A DNA stretch of 64,000 nucleotides from contig JASFQK010000004.1 in the NCBI GenBank assembly GCA_050115495.1, positions 1-64,000 on the forward strand. Reading direction: 5' to 3'. The stretch comes from Phycisphaerae bacterium. GTDB lineage: Bacteria > Planctomycetota > Phycisphaerae > UBA1845 > Fen-1342. Made by a program: the position numbers and the translations under genes. Below, piece by piece: positions 40,250 through 48,571 of this stretch (the first letter of the stretch is position 1; each line of letters opens with the position of its first letter). The notes under the pieces are model-generated. The model made no database searches, was not told where the DNA came from, and saw nothing but the letters and a program-made list of their open reading frames with translations.

Positions 40250-40435
40250 GGGGTTATCATCGCTGAGACGATCGGGGTGTTCGGGCCGAAGTGAACACCA
40301 GCGCCGGGCATCCGTCCGGCGCTCGTCTCCCTCCTCCCTCACGTGCCCTCGTTTGGACTGGGCCGCACGAGACGCGAGTTCTCCGAACTCTCGACTCGGC
40401 GGCCCGGGTCCTTTTTGGTCGGGTCTGCCGCCGGC
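40250..40435. ncRNA. Candidate structured intergenic RNA, orientation unresolved
   Basis: Nested stems GAGACGA/TCGTCTC, GGTGTTC/GAACACC, GCGCCGG/CCGGCGC; CCTCCTCCC linker; GAGTTC/GAACTC; GGCGGC/GCCGCC. Confidence 0.45.
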
Positions 40436-40540
40436 GCGATAGGCGGACAACGTACGTCGGGCGAGCCTTGCTCGTCGTTGCCGTAGCGCCGAGAATGGCC
40501 GGCTAACGCAGTAAACCACACTCACCAAGGAGGAAATACC

Positions 40541-42622
40541 GTGCATCGCATCTGGACCCGAGCAGCCCTTTTCGTCGTTTGTCTCGCAATCGCTCCCGCG
40601 GCGGTTCTGGCGGATGCCCCGCCGCGCACGCATGACATCACGCCGGACGACTATTTCACGCTGCACTTCATCTATGACTGCGCGACGTCGCCTGACGGAA
40701 CGCTGGTGGCGTTCAACGACCTGTGCTGGGGCGAGGACGATACGCCGCGCCAGTTCGACATGTGGATCGTGCACACGGACACGAAGCGGCTACTGCGCCT
40801 GACCGCCGGGCCGGAGAACGAGATGTCGCCGCAGTGGCAGCCGGACAGCCAGCGCTTGTACTTCACGACGAAGCGTGACCGCGGCGACAAGCTTCCGCCG
40901 TACGACGGCAGCACGCAGGTGTGGGTCATGCGCCTGGAGGCGGGCGAGCCGCTGCCGGTGACGCGGGTCAAGGGCGGCGTCGGTGCCTACCAGCTTTCGC
41001 CGGACGGGGCGTGCCTCTACTACACGAAGGACGGCGAAGAGGCGACCGGCGAGTGGAAGGAGCTGCGCGGCAAGTACAAGGACGTGAAGTACGGTTCGGG
41101 GCCGGTGACGTACACGGAGCTGTGGAAGCTCGACCTCGAGACCTGGCGGGAAGAGAAGCTGGTGGCCGAGGAGCGGGTCATCCGCGAGTTCAAGGTTTCG
41201 CCGGACGAGGCCCGCATCGCCATGATCACGACGCCGGACAACCGGCTGATCACGAACGAAGGCCAGTCGCGCGTGGACGTGTACGACGCAGCGACGCGGC
41301 AGGTGACGGTGTTGCCGGAGGCCACGTATCGCGAGAACGTGCCGTCGCCCTACGGCTGGGTGAGCGATCTGTCCTGGTCATCGGATGGGCAGCGGCTGGC
41401 GTGGATGGTGGATTACGACGGGTTCCCGTCGGAGATCCTCATCGCGGATCTGAGCGGGGCGGAGACGCCGGTCTGGATGCTGGATCGGCCGAATGAGCTG
41501 ACCGTAGCCGGGCACCTGACGTGGGTGCCGGGCGAGCGTGGGTTGGCGTTCCTGGCGGTGGAGCGCGGCCGGGCACGGATCTACTACCTGGACAACGTGA
41601 GTCCGGGCCGGCAGAACACGGAGACCGCCGGGGCGCTCACGCCGGGCGACGTGGTGGTGAAGGGGTTTAGCTTCTCGGCGGATGGGAACAGCGTCGGGTT
41701 CGTGATGGCCGACACGATGAACTGCCCCGACGTGTACCTGGCCCGGGCGAAGGACGACAAGGGCAAGTACACGCGGCTGACCACGTTCAACCCGCAGGTG
41801 GATACGTGGCGGCTGCCGCAGATCTCGCTGATGACCTGGACGGCGCCGGATGGAACCGAGGTCGAGGGCGTCCTCGAACTGCCGCCGGATTACAAGGAGG
41901 GTGACGGGCCGCTGCCGACGGTGATCGAACTGCACGGCGGGCCGACGGACTGCACGTACTTGGAGATGCGCTTCTGGATCTACGGGCGCACGCTGCTGCC
42001 GGCGAAGGGCTACGCCCTGCTGAGCCCGAACTACCGCGGCTCAACCGGCTACGGCGACAAGTTCCTGACCGACCTGGTGGGGCACGAGAACGACGTCGAC
42101 GTGAAGGATATCCTGGCCGGCGTGGACGCCCTGGTGGAGCGCGGCATCGCCGACCCGGAGCGGCTGGGCGTGATGGGTTGGTCCAACGGCGGGTTCCTGA
42201 CGAACGTCCTGATCACGACAACGACGCGGTTCAAGGCAGCGAGCACCGGGGCGGGCGTCGTGGACCAGGTGATGCAGTGGGGGCTGGAGGACACGCCGGG
42301 GCACGTCGTCAACTACATGCGCGGTATGCCGTGGGAGCGGGCCGACGCCTACGTGAAGGCGTCGGCGGTGTACAACCTCGGCAACGTGAAGACGGCGACG
42401 CTCATTCACGTGGGCGAAAAGGACCCCCGAGTGCCGACGGCGCACTGCCGCACGCTGTATCGTGGGCTGAAGGATTACGTGGGCGTGCCGACTGCGCTGC
42501 TGGTGTACCCCGGGGCGGGACACGGGCTGGTCGTGAAGAACCACCGCGCGGCGAAGATGGCGTGGGATCTGGCGTGGTTCGACAAGTACCTGCGCGGCGA
42601 GGGCGAAACGCCGGAGCCGTAG
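40541..42622 (+). CDS. S9 family (prolyl oligopeptidase-like) peptidase, exported
   Basis: AAGGAGG RBS, signal peptide, HGGP, NYRGSTGYG, GWSNGG, DPRVP, GAGH. Confidence 0.94.
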   Translation: MHRIWTRAALFVVCLAIAPAAVLADAPPRTHDITPDDYFTLHFIYDCATSPDGTLVAFNDLCWGEDDTPRQFDMWIVHTDTKRLLRLTAGPENEMSPQWQPDSQRLYFTTKRDRGDKLPPYDGSTQVWVMRLEAGEPLPVTRVKGGVGAYQLSPDGACLYYTKDGEEATGEWKELRGKYKDVKYGSGPVTYTELWKLDLETWREEKLVAEERVIREFKVSPDEARIAMITTPDNRLITNEGQSRVDVYDAATRQVTVLPEATYRENVPSPYGWVSDLSWSSDGQRLAWMVDYDGFPSEILIADLSGAETPVWMLDRPNELTVAGHLTWVPGERGLAFLAVERGRARIYYLDNVSPGRQNTETAGALTPGDVVVKGFSFSADGNSVGFVMADTMNCPDVYLARAKDDKGKYTRLTTFNPQVDTWRLPQISLMTWTAPDGTEVEGVLELPPDYKEGDGPLPTVIELHGGPTDCTYLEMRFWIYGRTLLPAKGYALLSPNYRGSTGYGDKFLTDLVGHENDVDVKDILAGVDALVERGIADPERLGVMGWSNGGFLTNVLITTTTRFKAASTGAGVVDQVMQWGLEDTPGHVVNYMRGMPWERADAYVKASAVYNLGNVKTATLIHVGEKDPRVPTAHCRTLYRGLKDYVGVPTALLVYPGAGHGLVVKNHRAAKMAWDLAWFDKYLRGEGETPEP

Positions 42623-42677
42623 GTGTGGCATGCCGGAGCTTGGAGTGTGGCATGCTGAAGCCTTAGGCGCCGGCATG
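42623..42677 (+). repeat. REP cluster left of RAYT
   Basis: GTGTGGCATGCCG (42623-42635) then GTGTGGCATGCTGAAGCCTTAGGCGCCGGCATG (42645-42677). Confidence 0.85.
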
Positions 42678-42693
42678 TCCCCACGCACGCTGC

Positions 42694-43278
42694 TCAGCCG
42701 ATCCTGGGCAGACTGTCCACGTCCAGGGCCAGCGGCACCTCACCGCGCCCGGCGAAGTAGCGTGCGCTCGACCACGGCCACTGCTCAGCAGCGTCGACCA
42801 GCCCGCGCCGTACCGGATTGTTGTGCAGATACTCGATCTCTGCACAGATCGCCTCCGCGTTCGACAGATTGCGATCGAAGCCCCCACCACGCTGCCAGAA
42901 CCGGTGCCGGAATCTGCCGTTGGGTTGCTGGTCACGCATTCGCGCGAGGAATGCCGGGGCGTTTACTTGAACGTAGGTGATGGCTTGTCGTGTCACCGGC
43001 AGTTTGATGTCGCTCAGTATGTTGCCGATCGAATAGACAGGATCTCGCGGCCAGATCAGCAAATGTACGTGCTCGGGCATGATCACGTACGCCCACAGAT
43101 CAAAGGCATGCTTGGCTCGGGCGGCGTCCAGGCTCTCCAGAAACCACTTCCTGGATCGATCCGCGTTCAACAGTGGCTGTCGGTGGAAGCAACAGAACGT
43201 GAGGGCGTGCGCGTCACCCGGCGTGTTGCAGCGCTGGCAGGTCTTGTATTTCGGCCGTTGCGGCGGCGGCTCGTGCAT
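42694..43278 (-). mobile_element. REP-associated tyrosine transposase (RAYT, HUH Y1)
   Basis: HALTF, YVIMPEHVHLL (HUH), FWQRGGGFDRN, YLHNNPV, WPWSS; flanked by inverted REPs. Confidence 0.92.
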
Positions 43279-43338
43279 CTTGTGTCGCAGCATACCACGC
43301 GCGTCATGTTTGCGCATACTAGTGGCTGCGGCGGATCT

Positions 43339-43392
43339 CATGCCGGCGCTAAAGCTTCGGCATGCCACACACGCTGTCTCGGCATGCCACAC
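43339..43392 (-). repeat. REP cluster right of RAYT, inverted relative to left
   Basis: CATGCCGGCGCTAAAGCTTCGGCATGCCACAC (43339-43370) and CGGCATGCCACAC (43380-43392). Confidence 0.85.
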
Positions 43393-43413
43393 ATTCTGAG
43401 TCGTCGCGGGTGC

Positions 43414-44988
43414 CTACGGGCTTGAGGTTTCGGCCGGCTCGTTGGTGTGTAGGTAGCCGAGGGACTCGAGGCGGCTGCGCTCGTCGTCGCTGAGCTCGAC
43501 CTGGGTTGCGGCGTGAGCGCTGGCGCCGGCGGCGTTCTCCTTCGCCTGACGGGCGGCGAGGTCGAGCAGGCTGCGCAAGGCCACCTGGTCGACCAGCGGG
43601 TTCTGCTCGCGCGGATCGTCGGCGAGGTTGAACCACACGGCCTGCGGCGGCGAGCTTTCCACCAGCAGGAGTTTGCGATTGCCGTCGTACACGGCTTTCT
43701 GCTCGGTGCCGGACTTCACGCACTCGGCGTAGGCGACAGCACCCGGCAGCGGCTCGTCGGACCGTACGTGGGGCAGCAGCGATCGGCCCTGCACGCCGGC
43801 GACCGCCGGCAACCGCATCTGATCCAGCAGCGTGGGCATGACGTCGATGAGCCGTGTGGTGGCGGCGACGCGTTTGCCGGCGGGGACCACACCCGGCCAG
43901 TGCAGGATGAGCGGCACGTGCAACTGGTTGTCATGCACGGAGAGACCGTGATCCCAGATGTGGTGTTCGCAGAGGGCCTCGCCGTGGTCGGCGGTGACGA
44001 CCACCAGCGAGTTATCCCAGAGGCCCAGGTCGCTCAGCCGCTGGCGGAGGGCGGCCAGATGCTTGTCCATCTGCCGCACGCCGGCGTCGTAGCGGGCGAT
44101 CCAGTACTCGCGATAGCCCATCAGCCGCGCGTGACGCGCCAGGTCCTTCGCATACTTCGGCGGACGCCGCAGGTGCATGAGGGCCCGCGTTTCGTATTCG
44201 GTCATGGCGTGCAGGTTCGACGAGCTCTCCAGCTCCACCATGCGTTGCTCGAGGTACGCGGGGTCGCCCTCGTATGGCCCGTGCACGTCCATGTAGTGCA
44301 GGTACAGGAACAGGGGCTTCCTGCTGTCGCGCTGAGCGAGCCAGTCGAAGAGGGCAGCGTTGAGCACGGCGCCCCGCCGGTTGGTGTCGGCGAAGCTGGC
44401 GAAGCTGGCGTCGAAGTGGTCGAAACCCTGGCCGAAGCCGTAGTCGGCGATGACGAACGGATTGGCGGAGAAGGCGGCCGTCTCGTAGCCGCCGGCGTGC
44501 AGCGCTTCGGCCAGCGTCTGGAAGGTGTCACCGAAGACGGCCACTTTCGGATCGCCGGAGAAGGTGCTGTCGAACGCGACCTGATAGCTACGCACCTGGT
44601 GTACGCCGGGGTAACAGGCACTGAACAGCGAAGCCACCGACGGCTGCGTCCACGGGGCAGCGGCGATCGTCCGCTGGAAGAGCGTGCCCTCGCGAGCGAT
44701 GGCGTCCATCGTCGGTGTGAGCTCGCCCTTGCTGCCGTAAGCGCCCAGGCGGTCGGCACGGAGGGCATCGGCGACGATGAGGATGATGTTCGCGGGCTGG
44801 GAGGCGTTGGCGGGCAGGCGGCCGACGTCCGGTTTCGAGCAGCCGGCGAGGACCGACCCAACCAACAGGAACACAGCACTGCCCAGACAGCGCCCGCGGC
44901 GCGGCCTGCGCACACTCGACGGGGACCGACTCACAGCAGCGCTCCTTGATGCGGCCGTCCAACCGCTCGCGCAGCGCAACGACATCAC
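43414..44988 (-). CDS. Sulfatase-like hydrolase, probable lipoprotein
   Basis: NIILIVADALRAD, APWTQPS, HYMDVHGPY, TADHGE, LESLGYL; LAGC lipobox; true start probably downstream. Confidence 0.88.
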   Translation of the reverse strand: MMSLRCASGWTAASRSAAVSRSPSSVRRPRRGRCLGSAVFLLVGSVLAGCSKPDVGRLPANASQPANIILIVADALRADRLGAYGSKGELTPTMDAIAREGTLFQRTIAAAPWTQPSVASLFSACYPGVHQVRSYQVAFDSTFSGDPKVAVFGDTFQTLAEALHAGGYETAAFSANPFVIADYGFGQGFDHFDASFASFADTNRRGAVLNAALFDWLAQRDSRKPLFLYLHYMDVHGPYEGDPAYLEQRMVELESSSNLHAMTEYETRALMHLRRPPKYAKDLARHARLMGYREYWIARYDAGVRQMDKHLAALRQRLSDLGLWDNSLVVVTADHGEALCEHHIWDHGLSVHDNQLHVPLILHWPGVVPAGKRVAATTRLIDVMPTLLDQMRLPAVAGVQGRSLLPHVRSDEPLPGAVAYAECVKSGTEQKAVYDGNRKLLLVESSPPQAVWFNLADDPREQNPLVDQVALRSLLDLAARQAKENAAGASAHAATQVELSDDERSRLESLGYLHTNEPAETSSP

Positions 44989-45037
44989 CTCCCCGGCGCC
45001 CCATCGCGCGCTCGGTCGGTGGTCTTTGCGAGACCTC

Positions 45038-45718
45038 CTACAGAACCAGTTTATACCCGACAGCGTGTGCTGTCAGAATATATTGTGGGTTTTTCGGGTC
45101 CGGTTCGAGTTTTCGCCGGAGGCTGACGATGTGGTTGTCCACCGTGCGATCGGCCGGATAGACGCCGGCACCCCAGATCTCTGAGAGCAGATCGGTGCGC
45201 GGGACGGCTTCGCCGACGTGCTCGTGCAGAATGCGCAGGATTTCGGCCTCGTAGTAGCCGAGCGGGATCTCTTCGGTGGGCGTGATAACTCTCTGGCGCA
45301 GGAGATCGACGCGGCGCTGGCCGACCTGGAACTGCTGCCGCGAGGAGGCCGGCGTGTCGGCCCGGCGGAGCGCGGCGTTGATGCGAGCCAGCAGTTCGCC
45401 GAGGCCGAAGGGCTTCGTGATGTAGTCATCAGCGCCGAGTTCGAGACCGCGCACCTTGTCGATCTCCTGGCTGCGGGCGCTGAGGATGAGGATGGGCATG
45501 GTGTTGCCGGCGGCGCGCAGTCGGCGGCAGACCTCGAAGCCGTCGAGGTCGGGCAGCATGATGTCCAGCAGGACGAGGTCGGGGACGCGCTGTCGAACGA
45601 GTTCGAGGCCGGAGGCGCCGTCGAGAGCGTGGGCGACGGAATGGTGCTCGAACTCGAGGTTGTCGCGCAAGCCCATCGCCAGATCGGGTTCGTCTTCGAT
45701 GATGAGGATGTGGGCCAT
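45038..45718 (-). CDS. OmpR/PhoB family response regulator
   Basis: ILIIEDE, LLDIMLP, GADDYITKPF, RTVDNHI..LRRKLE. Confidence 0.95.
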   Translation of the reverse strand: MAHILIIEDEPDLAMGLRDNLEFEHHSVAHALDGASGLELVRQRVPDLVLLDIMLPDLDGFEVCRRLRAAGNTMPILILSARSQEIDKVRGLELGADDYITKPFGLGELLARINAALRRADTPASSRQQFQVGQRRVDLLRQRVITPTEEIPLGYYEAEILRILHEHVGEAVPRTDLLSEIWGAGVYPADRTVDNHIVSLRRKLEPDPKNPQYILTAHAVGYKLVL

Positions 45719-45719
45719 G

Positions 45720-46805
45720 TCAGGTCTTCACGTTGGCGAGTTGCAGTACGGCCACGGGTCCGAACAGAAGGATCGGCACCCAGGCCACCAGGGCCGCCCA
45801 TTGCGCGCTGACCACGCCCTGGGCGACGAACGTAACGCCGAAAAACGCGCCGCACACCAGCAGGGCTCGCCCCCCGGCGACGAGCACACTGCCCGGCTCG
45901 CGTGTCAGAAAGAACGGCAGGGCCAGGGCCAGCAGCAGCCATTGTAACATGGGTTGCGTCAGCCAGATGTGCCGTTGCATGCGTACCGCCGCCAGATTCG
46001 GCAGATTGCGGCTGGTGAGCAACTCGTTCATCTGCCGCAGGCTGAGCATGCCGGCCCACTGGGCGGACTGGCGGAGAAGGAGCTCCTCAGGCGCGAGGGC
46101 GAAGGGGTACTCCCGGACGGGCTCGCGGGCGATGCCGTGCACGTGGTCGTCGTCGCCACGGCCGCCCTCGACGATGCGCTCGCCGCGCTCGAGCCGCCAG
46201 GTCTTGCGCGCGGGGTCGTAAATGGCGGCGTCGGCCAGGATGCTGTGGCCGCCGCGACCGGGAGGCTCGACGATGACGACGTAGTCCAGGCGCCGCTCGG
46301 GCAGGTGGATCCGCCGGGCGGTGAGGAAGGCGTCGTTCTCGTCACGGGCGAAGGAGATGCCGGCCACGCGCACGCCGGTGATGTCGTCGTGGTGGCGGGC
46401 GATCTTGTGGGCCAGGTGGGGCAGAACGTACTCGCGGTTGACCATCCACAGGGCGACCAGCCCCACGGCACAGACGAGCACGGGCACGGCCAGCCGCTGC
46501 AAGCGCACACCCGCCGCGACCAGCGCCACCATCTCGTTGTTGCGCAGCATCATGGCGAAGGTGAACGCGCCGGCGAAGGCCATCACCGGTCCGGCCAGTT
46601 GCGAGAAGTACTGCGGCACGTTGCAGCCGTAGTAGTCGAGCATGATCCAGAGCACCTGGCCGAGCGACAGCTCACGGTTCTCGGTGAACTCGTCCAGGTT
46701 GATCAGCAGGTCGGGGACGATGAAGAGGACGATGCCCACCAGCAGCAGAATGATGTAGCTGCGCAGGAAGGTCGTCACCAGGTAGCGGTCGAGTGTGCGC
46801 ATCAT
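45720..46805 (-). CDS. lptG: LptF/LptG family LPS export permease (LptG-like)
   Basis: MRTLDRYL, NNEMVALVAAGV, 3+3 TM layout, AWVP. Confidence 0.8.
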   Translation of the reverse strand: MMRTLDRYLVTTFLRSYIILLLVGIVLFIVPDLLINLDEFTENRELSLGQVLWIMLDYYGCNVPQYFSQLAGPVMAFAGAFTFAMMLRNNEMVALVAAGVRLQRLAVPVLVCAVGLVALWMVNREYVLPHLAHKIARHHDDITGVRVAGISFARDENDAFLTARRIHLPERRLDYVVIVEPPGRGGHSILADAAIYDPARKTWRLERGERIVEGGRGDDDHVHGIAREPVREYPFALAPEELLLRQSAQWAGMLSLRQMNELLTSRNLPNLAAVRMQRHIWLTQPMLQWLLLALALPFFLTREPGSVLVAGGRALLVCGAFFGVTFVAQGVVSAQWAALVAWVPILLFGPVAVLQLANVKT

Positions 46806-48466
46806 CGCCGCACCCCCAGCCGCAGCAGCACGAGGTCGATGACGGCGACGGCGGCCAGGCCGCCCCAGGTGAGGGCGGGGCCGAGCATCTCGCCGCCCGC
46901 CTTCTCGCCGAGTTGCCGGGCCATGACCAGCAGCACGGCCACCGTGCCGAAGGGGATGCAGGCCAGGCCGAAGGCCGCCAGGGCCCGGGCCCCGCGGAAC
47001 ATCACGCCCAGCGCCGCGGCCATCAGCACCGTGACCAGCACGCTGCACGCCGAGGCCAGGCGGAAGTGAATCACCGAAGTCATCTTTCGCCGCTGGCGCT
47101 GGCCATCGTCGAGCAGCTTGGCCCGCTGGGTGGCGAGTGTTTCGCTGAGCGGCAGCTCGGCGTTGGTATCGAAGATGACCTTTGCATCGTACGGTTGCAG
47201 GCGGGTCAGCACGTCGGGCGGCAGTTGCAGCGTATCGCCGAGGGCCGCGTCGCGCTTGGGGCGGCCCTGCTCGTAGTCGCTGGCCCGCGGGTGGTGCTCG
47301 CGCACCGGCTCGCCGCCGGCTTCGCGCAGGTCCAGGGCCAGCCGCAGACCGCCGTCGGGCATGGGCCGCGGGCGGAGCAGGGCCTCCGGAGCATCGTAGA
47401 ACAGTGGTCGCTGCGGCTGATCGCCGGGTATCTCGATGCGGGCGCGGCGCAGCAGCAGACTGGCGTCGTTGCCGACCGCCTCGGGCGCGGTGATCCGGAA
47501 GGTCTGGCCCTCGTCGTCCTGGAGGGTGAGCGTCTGCCCGGCGTTCAGTTGGCTGGCGGCGTCGGTGAAGAAGTACTCGGTCTGGAACCGCGTGAGGAAG
47601 TTGCGCACCGGCCCTTCCAGCTTGTCCACCTCCCACGGCCGCCGGCGCCAGCGCAGCAGCGTGGCCAGATCCACCATCGACGATTTGCGCGGGAACTGGA
47701 GCGGGATCATGATCGGCCCGATCTGCTGCTGTTGCAGGCTGACGCTGCGGCCGGTCACATCGAATTCCCGCCCGTTGTCGACGTAGATGGTGATTTCCAG
47801 CGGCGTTGTGCGAGCGTCGAACTGGCACAGGCCGTGCGCGGCGGATGCCTGCCGCACGAGATTGTCGTGGTTGTCGATCTGAAGGAAGACCGGCTCGTCC
47901 ACCAGCAGGTAGGTGATGCCCTCGTCCTGCGGCAGATTCTGCTGAGCCAGGGCTTCGTCCGTCGGAATGCGCACGCGGCGGGCGGTGAGCAGGTAGCGAT
48001 TGCCGCTCTTCTCGTAGCGCACGTAGCCCATCACCTGAAGCTTGGTGAAGGCGATGTCCCGCAGGTTGGCCCGGGCGTAGCGGTCGACGCGGCGGACGAA
48101 GTCGGGCATGACCAGATCGCCGAAGAAGAGCGAGAAGCCGGCCACGAACACCGACAGCAGGATCGCCGAGAGGAAGAGGCGGTGGATGTTGATGCCGGCG
48201 GCGCGGCAGGCGAGCAGCTCGTTGTCGGCGGCCAACCGGCCGTAAACCATCGTGACCGAGAACAGGGCCGCGACGGGCATGGTCAGGGCCACGACGATGG
48301 GCACCATCAGGGGGATGAAGCGCAGCAGATCAGCCGCCCCGATACCCTCGTACTTCAGGACGTTGTAGAGTCCGCCGCCCATGGTGAACAGGGCGGTGAG
48401 GGCGACGAGCGTCAGGGCGAAGGTCTTGAGCAGCTCGCGGAGCACGTGCCCGTGCAGCGTCACCAT
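46802..48466 (-). CDS. lptF: LptF/LptG family LPS export permease (LptF-like), enlarged periplasmic region
   Basis: RELLKTF, YGRLAADNELLACRAAGI, HFRLA. Confidence 0.82.
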   Translation of the reverse strand: MVTLHGHVLRELLKTFALTLVALTALFTMGGGLYNVLKYEGIGAADLLRFIPLMVPIVVALTMPVAALFSVTMVYGRLAADNELLACRAAGINIHRLFLSAILLSVFVAGFSLFFGDLVMPDFVRRVDRYARANLRDIAFTKLQVMGYVRYEKSGNRYLLTARRVRIPTDEALAQQNLPQDEGITYLLVDEPVFLQIDNHDNLVRQASAAHGLCQFDARTTPLEITIYVDNGREFDVTGRSVSLQQQQIGPIMIPLQFPRKSSMVDLATLLRWRRRPWEVDKLEGPVRNFLTRFQTEYFFTDAASQLNAGQTLTLQDDEGQTFRITAPEAVGNDASLLLRRARIEIPGDQPQRPLFYDAPEALLRPRPMPDGGLRLALDLREAGGEPVREHHPRASDYEQGRPKRDAALGDTLQLPPDVLTRLQPYDAKVIFDTNAELPLSETLATQRAKLLDDGQRQRRKMTSVIHFRLASACSVLVTVLMAAALGVMFRGARALAAFGLACIPFGTVAVLLVMARQLGEKAGGEMLGPALTWGGLAAVAVIDLVLLRLGVRR

Positions 48467-48571
48467 GGGCGCCATCCTCGCTCGCGGCCAGCGACCGGAT
48501 CCGCGTCCGTGGCCATCGGCCGGCACGTTGCCGTGTTCATCCCGGCCACTCTATAAGCGGGTCGGGCCGTG

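Noticed and set aside
42623..43392. Short repeats as a possible CRISPR array
   Set aside because: Inverted, few copies, no spacer series or cas genes; explained as REPs
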